From positions 254,268-318,267 of IMG/VR virus record IMGVR_UViG_3300022902_000004: DNA of 64,000 bases; one strand, given 5' to 3'. This document shows, in pieces, positions 36,096 to 45,787 of the stretch (positions are counted from its first letter, which is position 1; each line of letters begins with the position of its first letter). Origin of the DNA: a virus. The translations under genes were made by a program, and so were the position numbers. The notes under the pieces were generated by a model. The model worked only from the letters and a program-made list of their open reading frames with translations, had not been told where the DNA came from and made no database searches.

Positions 36096-36748
36096 AGGTC
36101 CACGTTTGCGTTTGTAATAAGCTTCCCAGCGACGCTCAGGGCACCAATCGTTGGGGTACCACTGGCATAGTATGCCTTGGACAATGAGCTGTTCAGGTAT
36201 TTCTGTTGCTCAGCTTTGCGCTTCTTTTCATCGTTGTGGAAAAGGCCCCACCAATTTGTTTGCATGTCGGCGTCGTCATCTGGTGTTTCTGTTTCGTGGT
36301 GGTCATAATCAGGCCGAAAGTCGAACTGTTTCTTTTCGATGTCATCACGGTTGTTCATGTAAAAGTTCCACACGTTGGTGGCATCCGGTGAGACAGAGGC
36401 TCTATCAGGTGTGAGCCCGAAGCCTTTCATACCAAGACGCTCCATGACAACATCATACAGCATCGGTCCCCAACTATGAGCTGCTTTGTGGCCAGTATTG
36501 ACCCGAGCAAGAATGACAGAATATGCTTTCATTTTCTTGGCGACTTCATCACCTGGTAGCAACTTTGCCGCCACAAACCCATTGATGTCGTCGCCTCGAT
36601 TGAATCGCTTGCCATCTTTGTCACAGTAAAATGCCCGGATGAAATCGCTGGCTTCAACAATCTTGACGTGCACTTCATCCGGCAGGTCATTCGGTCCTTT
36701 GGCAGATTCAGTCAGAACTTGCCTGACATAATTTTGTAATACGTTCAT
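36092..36748 (-). CDS. paralog family F protein (SWGPMLYDVVME motif) with CTS-like leader
   Basis: Trimmed to MNVLQNYVRQVLTE. Shares motif with 56845..57369 and 58853..59479. Confidence 0.55.
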   Translation of the reverse strand: MNVLQNYVRQVLTESAKGPNDLPDEVHVKIVEASDFIRAFYCDKDGKRFNRGDDINGFVAAKLLPGDEVAKKMKAYSVILARVNTGHKAAHSWGPMLYDVVMERLGMKGFGLTPDRASVSPDATNVWNFYMNNRDDIEKKQFDFRPDYDHHETETPDDDADMQTNWWGLFHNDEKKRKAEQQKYLNSSLSKAYYASGTPTIGALSVAGKLITNANVDL

Positions 36749-38499
36749 CACACATTTCCCATCATAATCTTCAGATGTTTCGCGCCTGACTTGCCAATTT
36801 TCCGGTAGTACCAACCATCTGAATCCGGCCCGAAGTTTCTGTTTGGGTGTGGTCCCAGCCATTCGATTGGTTTCTTGAGGATGGCACGAACCTTGGCTTC
36901 ATCTGTCACAGCGTTCACGCCTGCTTTGAATGCAAGCCATGCAGGTGCACCAGACGTCTCGACGAAGGTACCTTTCCTCTTCAGTAAGTCAAACATATGT
37001 TGAGATGTTGGGTTCTTGCCATCTGCACCATCATGCCCGCGACCACCGATCTTGAGGCGACCGTCTTTGTACTTGCCAAAAATGACACCGTCGGGTTGCG
37101 GATCTTCATCCACATCAACGGTATCGAAGAACTCGTAACCACCTGGTAAATCCTCAGGCTTTTTGATTTTGAGGTTGCCACCGATTGGGGCATATGCGGT
37201 TGAAATCAGGTCGAGAACCTCATCATCGATATCAACTTCTTTCCTGTGTACTGCGAGTTCTTCAGCAGGTACATCTTCCCATTTATTTTTAGGTACGCCC
37301 ATATCTGCGAACGTCTTTTCTAGCAGAATGTTCATACGAAGAAACGATTCAGTCAATGACTTGAACACGTCCACCTCAGCAGAGTGCATCGCCTGTCCAA
37401 TCTGGGGACCCTTCAATCCTTTTGCCATTAGTTCCTGTGGTCGGAGTGTTGGGGACCTCTGGACGAACTCCAGGAACCCTTGAACGAACTTCTCGGGCAT
37501 ACCGACTGCCAACGCAAACTCTTCCAGCTTTTCCGGAGGAACCCTAAGTCGCTTGAATTCTTTCTTCAATTTTGGTGAAGTGGACGCAACAATTCCAGGC
37601 AGATTCAATAGGAACTGAACCATCCCGGCCTCGTCGCTTGTGTACTTCATCTTCCGTAGGACCTTGGCAACTGCGCCCGGGTCGTTCCCCCAAAGAAGAA
37701 GGGCAACCTGAACATCGAAATGTTTCGAAGCAGGTGCTGCGTCGACTTCAAGTCCTGGGAAAATCTGTGGCCACAAACCTAGGTCACCAATGAGCCCCAG
37801 AAGGTGCTGCCCGTCGATTGCTGACTTGACTGCCTTAGCAAACTCGTCATGAATACGTTCTGGCGACACGCCTGATAGGTCGTTGTCTCGCTTGATTGCT
37901 GAGGCAGTTGTTTCATCCAAGTCGGAGCCTAGACGAGCAGCGAACCTGACAGCCCGCAGAATACGAAGCTTGTCCTCCCTAAATCGAAGGGCAGGATCAC
38001 CGACAGCGCGGATGACTCCATTCTTTACGTCCTCAATACCGCCAACGTAGTCGACCACCTCACCGGTTGTCAAGTCGTAGAAGAGAGCATTGATTGTAAG
38101 GTCACGACGGTTTACATCGTCCTCGATTGTAGTGAACTCAACAGAGTCAGGACGTCGGCCTTCACCAATGTCATTTCTGAACGTTGCAATTTCGTATTCC
38201 TCACCACCGACAGTTCGAACCCGAACAACGCCAAACGCCTTGCCAGTTAGATCGATGCGATGTGATGGGTCCTTTGAAACAATGTCGATGACACGTTGTG
38301 GTTCGGCACCTGTTGCAAGGTCGTAGTCCTTCGGGATTTTCCCGAGGAGTGTATCCCTGACGGCACCACCAACAACGTATAGCTCCTCACCAGCCTCCAT
38401 GAAGGCATCCAGGATCCCGCCCAAATCGGCAGGAGTCTGCAGGTGCATTTTCATTTTGATTGGGGCACGGTCCAGCATTTCAAGAATGTTTTGTTGCAT
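36748..38499 (-). CDS. cca: tRNA nucleotidyltransferase (CCA-adding enzyme / polyA polymerase family), 583 aa
   Basis: YVVGGAVRDTLLGKIPKDYDLAT head-domain signature. Long C-terminal extension. Confidence 0.8.
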   Translation of the reverse strand: MQQNILEMLDRAPIKMKMHLQTPADLGGILDAFMEAGEELYVVGGAVRDTLLGKIPKDYDLATGAEPQRVIDIVSKDPSHRIDLTGKAFGVVRVRTVGGEEYEIATFRNDIGEGRRPDSVEFTTIEDDVNRRDLTINALFYDLTTGEVVDYVGGIEDVKNGVIRAVGDPALRFREDKLRILRAVRFAARLGSDLDETTASAIKRDNDLSGVSPERIHDEFAKAVKSAIDGQHLLGLIGDLGLWPQIFPGLEVDAAPASKHFDVQVALLLWGNDPGAVAKVLRKMKYTSDEAGMVQFLLNLPGIVASTSPKLKKEFKRLRVPPEKLEEFALAVGMPEKFVQGFLEFVQRSPTLRPQELMAKGLKGPQIGQAMHSAEVDVFKSLTESFLRMNILLEKTFADMGVPKNKWEDVPAEELAVHRKEVDIDDEVLDLISTAYAPIGGNLKIKKPEDLPGGYEFFDTVDVDEDPQPDGVIFGKYKDGRLKIGGRGHDGADGKNPTSQHMFDLLKRKGTFVETSGAPAWLAFKAGVNAVTDEAKVRAILKKPIEWLGPHPNRNFGPDSDGWYYRKIGKSGAKHLKIMMGNV

Positions 38500-38556
38500 G
38501 TTCGTAAGCCTGTTCCTTGTCGCCTAACTAAATATCTGCAACCTGTATAAACCGTC

Positions 38557-38850
38557 TTACCCAGCATTCACCAGCACATATGATGATGTGTTGAAAAGCT
38601 GGGTTTCCCCGTGTATAAGGATTTTGTGATGCCATTGGCTTGGGTAATCACAATCGCATATTCTTACATGCTCATTTTGCAATCTATCGAGCTCTTCCCG
38701 ATCTGCATTAGAATAACATCGAGGAGCCGCACTAACTTGAAACGTTTTTATGAAAAGCCCAATGTCACCTTCGAAGTCCCAACCTATAACCCGAACCAAT
38801 GTGCCGGACGGTCTGTTAGGATCTTCATTGATGCTCTCGAATTTGCTCAC
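38557..38850 (-). CDS. hypothetical protein (97 aa)
   Basis: ORF in chain. Confidence 0.5.
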   Translation of the reverse strand: MSKFESINEDPNRPSGTLVRVIGWDFEGDIGLFIKTFQVSAAPRCYSNADREELDRLQNEHVRICDCDYPSQWHHKILIHGETQLFNTSSYVLVNAG

Positions 38851-39146
38851 TTCTTACCTTTCTTGAGCGCCTTCTTTGCCTTCTTGGATGCCTTGAGCAC
38901 AGCGGAATTGGAGTTTGTTGGCTCCTTCGTCTTCTCAGCTCCCGGGACCTGACTCAGGCGAATCTTCACTGAGAACTTATCGATTGCCCGCTTTACAACA
39001 CGGACCTCGACATTCGTGACATCAGACTTCTTCCACTCGTTGACAAGCGCCTTACGCTTCGAGTTGGCCTTCTTGAATGTGTTGACCGTGCACACGACCT
39101 TCCATGGTTTGACGGTATTTTTCACTGTACGGTTCTGCTCGTTCAT
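38847..39146 (-). CDS. small basic (Lys-rich) putative DNA/RNA-binding protein
   Basis: KKAKKALKKGKK tail; ATGA overlap. Confidence 0.5.
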   Translation of the reverse strand: MNEQNRTVKNTVKPWKVVCTVNTFKKANSKRKALVNEWKKSDVTNVEVRVVKRAIDKFSVKIRLSQVPGAEKTKEPTNSNSAVLKASKKAKKALKKGKK

Positions 39147-39568
39147 GCTTCATCCTTTTTTAGGCGCTCAAGCCATTTTTTATCACACGCATCACACCTA
39201 ATACTCATATAGTTGTGATTTCGCATTTTCCCTTTCTCACCACACTCTTCACAGATTCGATAACTGTGAACCTCGGCCGCGTCAATCACGCCTCGAATAT
39301 AGTTGTCGCCACCTTCGTAGTAAAAACGTAGGCCACCAAACTTCTCTTTGATTTGGACCGCAACAAGTTGCTTGGTCTTCCCGATAACCTCTTCCACATG
39401 CTTGTTTTTCGCCATGCGATGTTGGATTATCCGAAGCGTGTCATCAAGCAGATCAATCCAACCATCACCGACAGCAATTCCCCATAACATGGGTGAACCA
39501 GGCTTCTCACACCGGGATAGAATAACAGGATATTTTTTGCATAATTCATCTTGTTTCTCTTTGTTCAT
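39143..39568 (-). CDS. hypothetical protein with C-terminal zinc ribbon
   Basis: CEECGEKG ... CDACDKK. Confidence 0.55.
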   Translation of the reverse strand: MNKEKQDELCKKYPVILSRCEKPGSPMLWGIAVGDGWIDLLDDTLRIIQHRMAKNKHVEEVIGKTKQLVAVQIKEKFGGLRFYYEGGDNYIRGVIDAAEVHSYRICEECGEKGKMRNHNYMSIRCDACDKKWLERLKKDEA

Positions 39569-39601
39569 AGTAGATCCTATTCGATTTCAACCAGGTGTTC
39601 A

Positions 39602-40384
39602 CTACACCTTCTTCTTCTTTTTGAGGCGTGGTTTGACCAAGTGGTCAGGGTGCACCGGAAGAGGGGCAGCACCGCAAAGAATGTCGATGGCCAACTTACC
39701 GTTCTTGGCGACGTAGCAAGACTTGACGACCAAAGCCGGGATGTCTTTCTTCGTCATGACCAAGTCGCCGGCGGGCCAGCGCAAGCGAGCATCAGCAAGC
39801 TTGGCACGTTTGCCTTTGAACATGCCACCAACTTTCTCGGTTGCCCACTTGTTCCAAGGAGCAGTGCCTTCGATAGCCGCTGCGCATTTCTTGAGGGCTT
39901 TGTCGATTCCTTGGCAGGTGTAAAGGTAGTCAGGCGAGTAAGCCCGACCCATGACAACGCCAACCTCGACCAGCGCTTGCAGTTCATCATCCGGAACCCA
40001 TGCCCCGTTTTTCTTGACGCCCTCTGCATTCTCGAGCAGGCCATTCATCCACGAGGTTTGTTTCTCGCTAAGTGCCCAGCCTCGACCAAGCTTGTAAGCA
40101 AAGTCAAGCATGACATCGGCATGCTCCTTCTCGACACCCGGAGTTGCCGCCGCCTCTTTGAGTTTGGCGACCATCTCTTTGTTTTGTGGCTCCGGTGGGT
40201 TGGTAAGCACGACGGAGTCAAACCACTCACGCTGCTTCTTGGTCATGCCCTTGCCACGACCCATACGGAAAATCATATCGCTTACAAACCGGACGCTCCG
40301 GTCCTGTTTGTGGTTTTGCTCGGTCCAGCGGGCGACCATTGCATTGCCAAGTTCGATTCGTTTCACTGCAGACATTCGAGCCAT
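39602..40384 (-). CDS. hypothetical protein (260 aa)
   Basis: Long ORF, promoter cassette upstream at 40400-40450. Confidence 0.6.
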   Translation of the reverse strand: MARMSAVKRIELGNAMVARWTEQNHKQDRSVRFVSDMIFRMGRGKGMTKKQREWFDSVVLTNPPEPQNKEMVAKLKEAAATPGVEKEHADVMLDFAYKLGRGWALSEKQTSWMNGLLENAEGVKKNGAWVPDDELQALVEVGVVMGRAYSPDYLYTCQGIDKALKKCAAAIEGTAPWNKWATEKVGGMFKGKRAKLADARLRWPAGDLVMTKKDIPALVVKSCYVAKNGKLAIDILCGAAPLPVHPDHLVKPRLKKKKKV

Positions 40385-40442
40385 GGTAACCCCCTCCGGA
40401 ACACCCCGGGAACATATATATTATACCACGTTTTCCTTTGTC

Positions 40443-40643
40443 TTACACGAAATCTTCGAAAGATCGGGGAATACCCCGCTTGGACGTTTTCTTGATCATT
40501 GAAGGCCGGTCAGGCCGGGATCGACAATGAGGGCATTCCCCATCAGGGCGTTTCTTTTCTTTCCATTCGTCACATGGATCACAGTAATACGCATCGAATA
40601 TTTCATTCAAGTGAACCTGATTGTTGCAAACCTCACACCTCAC
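40443..40643 (-). CDS. small zinc-ribbon protein
   Basis: CEVCNN ... CDPCDEW ... CPHC. Confidence 0.5.
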   Translation of the reverse strand: MRCEVCNNQVHLNEIFDAYYCDPCDEWKEKKRPDGECPHCRSRPDRPSMIKKTSKRGIPRSFEDFV

Positions 40644-40876
40644 TTATCGAATCGCCTATCGACAACTCGAACTTCCATAGGCTTCTCAGCCCAGCCGGCG
40701 TTTGTGTATCGGTTTGACATCATGATGGTACGGTCATGCTTCCCTGGCACCATGGCGATGACTTCATCCTCCTTGAGGTTCCCGTTTTTCAATGCATCCC
40801 ACCAATCAGGTCCGGTGCACTCGGCGACCGCAACAAGGTTGACACCGTATGCTCGATAGAAAACAGTGTAGACCAT
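40640..40876 (-). CDS. hypothetical protein (78 aa)
   Basis: ATGA overlap. Confidence 0.45.
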   Translation of the reverse strand: MVYTVFYRAYGVNLVAVAECTGPDWWDALKNGNLKEDEVIAMVPGKHDRTIMMSNRYTNAGWAEKPMEVRVVDRRFDK

Positions 40877-41005
40877 TTCTATACTCCTGCGCAGAAGAAG
40901 CCTAGGCCAACCGCAATGGCAGTAAATCCTACCAATGCAGCGTAAAAGACACGGTCGTAAGTTCGACCCAATTTGCTTTGCTCGTGATTCATTTCATTCT
41001 CCCCT

Positions 41006-41506
41006 TTAGTCCCACCAACCGCGGGCTTGTTTTGTGAAATCGGCCCATGCCTTGTCCCACATTTCATTTTCAGTATCACTACATCTGGTGTAGTACTTCG
41101 CAGCCTCATCAGATTGCGGTGGCATTTCAACACAACTACGACCTTGGGCCTCAGCTTTCACCTGTGCAACCTGGACTTCCTCCCACCATACTTCACTGTT
41201 TGGTTTATATCCCATTTGCATTTCGACGTAATCGAATGGGTTCCTCTGCACTGCGAGCTTGAAACAGAAATCCCTAATCTCCATTGCACTCTCTTTCGAG
41301 CTCATGTGGCGATCATTTTTCTCAATCGTGTCAGCCAGCCGTTCCAGTGACTTGATAAAGAGATCCAGGCAATATGAGTAATCCCAGTGCCGATGGTTTT
41401 TCAACTGATCACGAAAGAACCATACGTTGCGGCAGAACCAAACAATGTTCCAAAACTGATCGGTTGCTTCCTCGATAAAGTCGAGAACCCGCCTATAAGC
41501 CTTCAT
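41006..41506 (-). CDS. hypothetical protein (Trp-rich)
   Basis: Trimmed to MKAYRRVLDF with a GGAGG RBS. Confidence 0.5.
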   Translation of the reverse strand: MKAYRRVLDFIEEATDQFWNIVWFCRNVWFFRDQLKNHRHWDYSYCLDLFIKSLERLADTIEKNDRHMSSKESAMEIRDFCFKLAVQRNPFDYVEMQMGYKPNSEVWWEEVQVAQVKAEAQGRSCVEMPPQSDEAAKYYTRCSDTENEMWDKAWADFTKQARGWWD

Positions 41507-42014
41507 CCTCATCCTCCCACACTTCGGCGTCGAAGCCGGCGTCGATAGCCATGTTGGCAATGAGCTTGACAGGATCCTCACCCTTTTCCAAGAACTTGGC
41601 GAGGTATGCCATGGCTCGCAGCCCATCACATTTCACGTGTTTGAACATGTTAACCTGGGAGCCTGCCATCATCCAGTTAATATGGCTTTGGACAGCTTCA
41701 GCATCTGGGCGTTTGGGCAACTCGAGCTTGGTAACCCACATACGCTTTTTTACGGCTTCAGCGTGCTTCTCACGGAGGTTAGCACAGTTCTTTTCCCATT
41801 GAGTAACAAGATCTTTTTCAACCTCGTCCTTATCATAGTATGTATGACCGTACGATGAATACAGACTCCGAATCTGGTCGTTGGTAAACGTCACGCCATC
41901 GTATGCCTGACCGCCTAGCAACTGAATCATTGTTTCATCAGTTGGGGTCGCGCAGCGAAAGCCGCTTTTGTGACCAGGTATTTTTCGTCGAGACTCAACC
42001 ATGGGAACCTCCAA
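41493..42014 (-). CDS. hypothetical protein (173 aa)
   Basis: GGAGG RBS. Confidence 0.55.
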   Translation of the reverse strand: MEVPMVESRRKIPGHKSGFRCATPTDETMIQLLGGQAYDGVTFTNDQIRSLYSSYGHTYYDKDEVEKDLVTQWEKNCANLREKHAEAVKKRMWVTKLELPKRPDAEAVQSHINWMMAGSQVNMFKHVKCDGLRAMAYLAKFLEKGEDPVKLIANMAIDAGFDAEVWEDEDEGL

Positions 42015-42323
42015 TTAGTCAGATACGGTTGCTTTGGCGCCGCTAGAGAATGCACCAAGCCCAAGCAAATAGCCAAGCCAGTACCATCCGCCATTATTGC
42101 ATGCATCATAGCATGACACGGAGTCGTCGAATAGCGAATAAAGGAAAGCAAGACCTGCAGTCATACCATTCCAAAGCCCAAACCAGAACCCACTCTCCTC
42201 ACTCGAGGTGCAGCCGATCGCCTTGTTCACAAGCTCCTGGTTAAACCCGTCAGCACACGCAGAAAAAAGCATGCATGCGAGGAGGAGGAGAAACAGGTTC
42301 TTGGTGTTCTTATTCAAATTCAT
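42015..42323 (-). CDS. putative lipoprotein / membrane protein (lipobox LFSAC)
   Basis: N-terminal LFLLLLACMLFSAC and Gly/Trp-rich hydrophobic C-terminal segments. Near the endolysin. Confidence 0.5.
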   Translation of the reverse strand: MNLNKNTKNLFLLLLACMLFSACADGFNQELVNKAIGCTSSEESGFWFGLWNGMTAGLAFLYSLFDDSVSCYDACNNGGWYWLGYLLGLGAFSSGAKATVSD

Positions 42324-42467
42324 TTGTGCCGTCCGTATTCTAAAAAAGTGCCAATCCCCAGAGAACCAACATCGTAACTATCCAAATAGTAAACATGTGC
42401 ATCCTCCAGTTCCTATAAACATTATACCACGATTTACGGCCGTTTACACAAAACTGATGTTATTTGA

Positions 42468-43148
42468 TTCGCAAAGATATTTATATGTATAAAGAGTTAT
42501 TACGTTTATCGTATTATTAACAAGCTGAATGGGCGATTTTATATCGGCGTTAGAACCTGCAAAGGAAATATTCATACAGATTCATACATGGGATCAGGTT
42601 CTGCGATTGGATTAGCTATCAAAAAATATGGAAAGGAAAACTTTGCTAAGGTTATAATGTCGCAACATGAAACCCGCAATGAAGCATTGCTTGCTGAGGC
42701 TTTGTATGTTCCGCAAGAGTTGGTCGACGATTCAATATGTTACAATCTTTGCCAAGGTGGTCTCGGCGGTGAAGGATATTCCCCTTCTGTTGAAACACGA
42801 AAGAAACTTAGCAACGCATTGAAAGGTCACCTTGTCTCTATTGAAACACGAAAGAAAATCGCCAAATCATTGACAGGTGGAACTAGATCACTTGAATCTC
42901 GACAAAAAATGCGCGAACGAGCCTTACAAAGAGAACCCATATCAGATGCTACTCGTCAAAAAATGAGTGCAGCAAAGAAAAAGCAAGCAAGAACGCCGGC
43001 TGCACGCAAAAGAGTAAGTTTGTCTACCATTGGAAGACTTTGGTGGAACAATGGCACCCAAAATAAGTTTTGTAAAGATTGCCCGGGTGATGAATATGTC
43101 CGCGGCCGAATCAAATGGGCCAAATCACTTGATAAGAAGCCTATCTAA
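42468..43148 (+). CDS. GIY-YIG homing endonuclease with NUMOD3 repeats; no canonical ATG at the expected start
   Basis: In-frame KSYYVYRIINKLNGRFYIGV (GIY-YIG) precedes the first ATG. Repeats ETRKKLSNALKG, ETRKKIAKSLTG, ESRQKMRERA. AT-rich island. Confidence 0.6.
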   Translation, partial: FAKIFICIKSYYVYRIINKLNGRFYIGVRTCKGNIHTDSYMGSGSAIGLAIKKYGKENFAKVIMSQHETRNEALLAEALYVPQELVDDSICYNLCQGGLGGEGYSPSVETRKKLSNALKGHLVSIETRKKIAKSLTGGTRSLESRQKMRERALQREPISDATRQKMSAAKKKQARTPAARKRVSLSTIGRLWWNNGTQNKFCKDCPGDEYVRGRIKWAKSLDKKPI

Positions 43149-43967
43149 ACCTGAACCGCACATCCAGTTTTTGTCGCATTTACCTTTGACGCCTGCTGTC
43201 GAGCCTGAGCCGGTCCACTGCCACACATCCCATTGGTTCCAGACACGAACGCCGCGTTTTGGTTCAATACCGGTGTTGTAGCTTGCCCACCAACATGGGT
43301 ATTTGCTAAGCCGCTTCAGCAAATCTTCATCGGCATGCTTGAGGTATAAATCTGATGCCCACTTCGCGCAGTAAATTCCTGGCTTACAACCGAGCTTAGC
43401 CTCGACATACTCCAACCAAGTCAACGCCCACTCAGCATTGTAACTGTCGTCGGACTTACTTCCAGCTTCCAAATCGAGCATGGGAATCAAGTCGCCACAA
43501 CGAACATGGCCTTTGATGGAAGCCAGGAAATTGTCTGCTTCCTGGATTGCATCGCGGAAATCTTGCTTTGGCCCGTTGTCAGGTCGACCGAAATGGTATC
43601 CACCAACAATCAATCCAGCATTTCGCACTGCGGTCATATTTCTCTTACGTGATTTGTCCTTGAATGTGGTACCTTCTGAGCACTTGATCCATGCGAAGCT
43701 GACGCCATCCTTTGCGACCTCCTTCCAGTTGACCTTGCCGTTGCCGTTGTAGATGTCGATGCCAGCCAAAACTGGAATGCCCAGGTGATCGAGGGTGACA
43801 GGTCCTGCGACGCCATCAGATGATAGGCCATGATCTTCTTGGTAGTCCTTCAAATCGCTTTCAGTTCCGGGACCGAAGTCTCCGTCGATGAACTTGCATT
43901 TCAGCGCCATCTGGAGACGCTTGACCTCTTGACCCTTATCACCCGCTCGCATTACAAATTGTTTCAT
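43125..43967 (-). CDS. endolysin: GH25 muramidase with N-terminal peptidoglycan-binding domain
   Basis: FGPGTESDLKDYQEDHGLSSDGVAGPVT (PG_binding_1-like) plus DIYNGNGKVNW ... FAWIKCSEGTTFKD. Trimmed to MKQFVMR with an AGGAGAG RBS. Confidence 0.8.
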   Translation of the reverse strand: MKQFVMRAGDKGQEVKRLQMALKCKFIDGDFGPGTESDLKDYQEDHGLSSDGVAGPVTLDHLGIPVLAGIDIYNGNGKVNWKEVAKDGVSFAWIKCSEGTTFKDKSRKRNMTAVRNAGLIVGGYHFGRPDNGPKQDFRDAIQEADNFLASIKGHVRCGDLIPMLDLEAGSKSDDSYNAEWALTWLEYVEAKLGCKPGIYCAKWASDLYLKHADEDLLKRLSKYPCWWASYNTGIEPKRGVRVWNQWDVWQWTGSGSTAGVKGKCDKNWMCGSGLDRLLIK

Positions 43968-43995
43968 TATGTTCTCTCCTGCACTTTGTGCACCT

Positions 43996-44856
43996 CTAAA
44001 TAGGCTCACGCTTAGCGCGCTTAGACCTATTTGGCATACTGTTTCTGCCCATAACCCATCCGACGCGAATGTTGCTTTCAACATCATCAATTGGAACCAA
44101 TTTATTGGCACCATCTTTTTTCATCCATTTTCTTGCTTTGGCAAATTGTGTTCGGCCCGGCTTCCAGCCTTTTTTCAAGTATTCATCAAACAACATGTTT
44201 TGTATTTGCTTGTTTACACCATTTTTACAAACCCATTTAAACGTTTTGCCAAAGTTAGGATTGTTTTCGCCAGTCATTAAATCAGATTGGCGTTGTTTTT
44301 GTTCGTTTGTTCTGGTCGTTCCAAACATCCCGTTCTTTTCGCCCATTAAAGATGCTGATCGTCTTGCAAGCATCACAATTTGTAATTCGTCTGCTTTTTC
44401 TTTGCCATATTTTTCAAGCCATACATCATAGCATCCGCGACCACGCATTCCATGGTTTTTTGATATTAATCGTTTCGTTTTTTCTGTGTGTTTTCTACCA
44501 TAAAAAGGGTTTCCTGTTCCACGAAATGAATCGGCAATTTCATTCAATGCAATATGCTTTTCATGATCAGATGCCAGATGTTGCACACCAAATCGCATTA
44601 ATGCAAAAACCATTTTTGATTTTTCAATGCCGACTAACATTTTTGTTAACAATCTATGAACTGCATAATGCTCAAGCACGGTTAACAAAACAAGATTTTC
44701 ACAGTCGTCGGTGCCACCTAATGATTTCGGTAAAATGTGATGATTATGATAATTGGCTACATCACTTCTTCGTCGACATGAGAGTTTTGCACTTTTAATT
44801 ATTTCATAATATTGGTGCGTTGAATCGTTATCAATAAACATTTTTGTTCGTCGCAT
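43996..44856 (-). CDS. HNH homing endonuclease with NUMOD-like repeats
   Basis: HHILPKSLGGTDDCENLVLLTVLEH; repeats NPFYGRKHTEKTKRLIS and NGMFGTTRTNEQKQRQS. Confidence 0.8.
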   Translation of the reverse strand: MRRTKMFIDNDSTHQYYEIIKSAKLSCRRRSDVANYHNHHILPKSLGGTDDCENLVLLTVLEHYAVHRLLTKMLVGIEKSKMVFALMRFGVQHLASDHEKHIALNEIADSFRGTGNPFYGRKHTEKTKRLISKNHGMRGRGCYDVWLEKYGKEKADELQIVMLARRSASLMGEKNGMFGTTRTNEQKQRQSDLMTGENNPNFGKTFKWVCKNGVNKQIQNMLFDEYLKKGWKPGRTQFAKARKWMKKDGANKLVPIDDVESNIRVGWVMGRNSMPNRSKRAKREPI

Positions 44857-44920
44857 AGTTTGCCCCTTTCATAGGATAAATATGCCCGTGAATCAGTTTT
44901 GTTTCAGTATTGATAAACTA

Positions 44921-45334
44921 TTAAATTGTCCCGTCACCATCGAAAAATGCCATGAGGCGTTTATTGTATGCACCGAATGGGCCGTTGTTAACCCAGGAAA
45001 CTGGAACCCAGGCAACCCAGCCTTCTTTCTTCAGGCGGATGCCTCGAAACTTGACAGGAACACGGCACTTATAGAAGTGCGACCTCTCGCGGTATGCTAC
45101 ATGACTGACGTACGGTTTTTGGAGTAAATCCAATGTGCTCAGCATGATTCCTGTTTCTTCGTACAGCTCTCTGACAGCGGCATAAATCGCATACTCACCG
45201 TCTTCGATCTTACCTCCTGGCAAGCCCCACTTGGTGCTGAAGATTCCCCGGGTTACTCCTAGAACGTAGTCTTCCTTTGTTGGATGGTAAATCAAGACAC
45301 CTGCGCTTTCCAGCGGTCGTCGTTTGTTTTTCAT
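44921..45334 (-). CDS. Nudix hydrolase
   Basis: Nudix box GLPGGKIEDGEYAIYAAVRELYEETG. Trimmed to MKNKRRP with a GAGAGGATGA RBS. Confidence 0.8.
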   Translation of the reverse strand: MKNKRRPLESAGVLIYHPTKEDYVLGVTRGIFSTKWGLPGGKIEDGEYAIYAAVRELYEETGIMLSTLDLLQKPYVSHVAYRERSHFYKCRVPVKFRGIRLKKEGWVAWVPVSWVNNGPFGAYNKRLMAFFDGDGTI

Positions 45335-45350
45335 ATCATCCTCTCTTCGT

Positions 45351-45440
45351 TGGTGTACCCGCCCGGAGTCGAACCGGGGTGTTGAACGCTTCAATTTCAT
45401 GTCATTCACAAGGTTATCCGGTTCTTCTCAACCGGCAAGT
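45351..45440 (-). tRNA. tRNA-like element (canonical T-arm and ACCA 3' end; 5' half not foldable by eye) - possibly degenerate
   Basis: Minus strand ...CCCGGTTCGACTCCGGGCGGGTACACCA-3'. No matching acceptor 5' strand found. Followed by ~350 nt without ORFs. Confidence 0.3.
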
Positions 45441-45787
45441 CTGCCTATAAAACACCCGTCCCGTTCTAGACACTGGGACCCACCTGGCGAGCCAGGGAAC
45501 CATTTAGCAACCATTTTTATCTCAATGCGGTAAAACATCCAGCCAATTTTGGGTATCAAGGTAGTTGGCCACCTCGCAATTATGCAGCTTGTGCGTAAGA
45601 GTACTCCGAGTTATCGTTAGCAATTATCATTTCAGCGTTTTTACGAAGCCGCGCTGCCCTTCGCCTTGCACATTCAATATTATTCGCCCAATCGAAACCA
45701 GTTCGGGCACATTGTTTGTCAAATTCTCCTATGTTCAGCGACGTTTCATCGCCCTCAATATAAGTATAATCATTTTGCGAAAGATGT

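Noticed and set aside
41927-42151. ORF 41927..42151 (-) and 40879..41133 (-) as full-length genes
   Set aside because: They overlap better-supported neighbours by over 100 nt. Only the non-overlapping C-terminal TM segment of the latter (40879..40992) might be real.
45351-45440. Full-length tRNA (possibly tRNA-Phe GAA)
   Set aside because: T-arm and CCA end are convincing, but no complementary acceptor 5' strand or D-arm could be found within 400 nt. Kept only as a low-confidence tRNA-like element.
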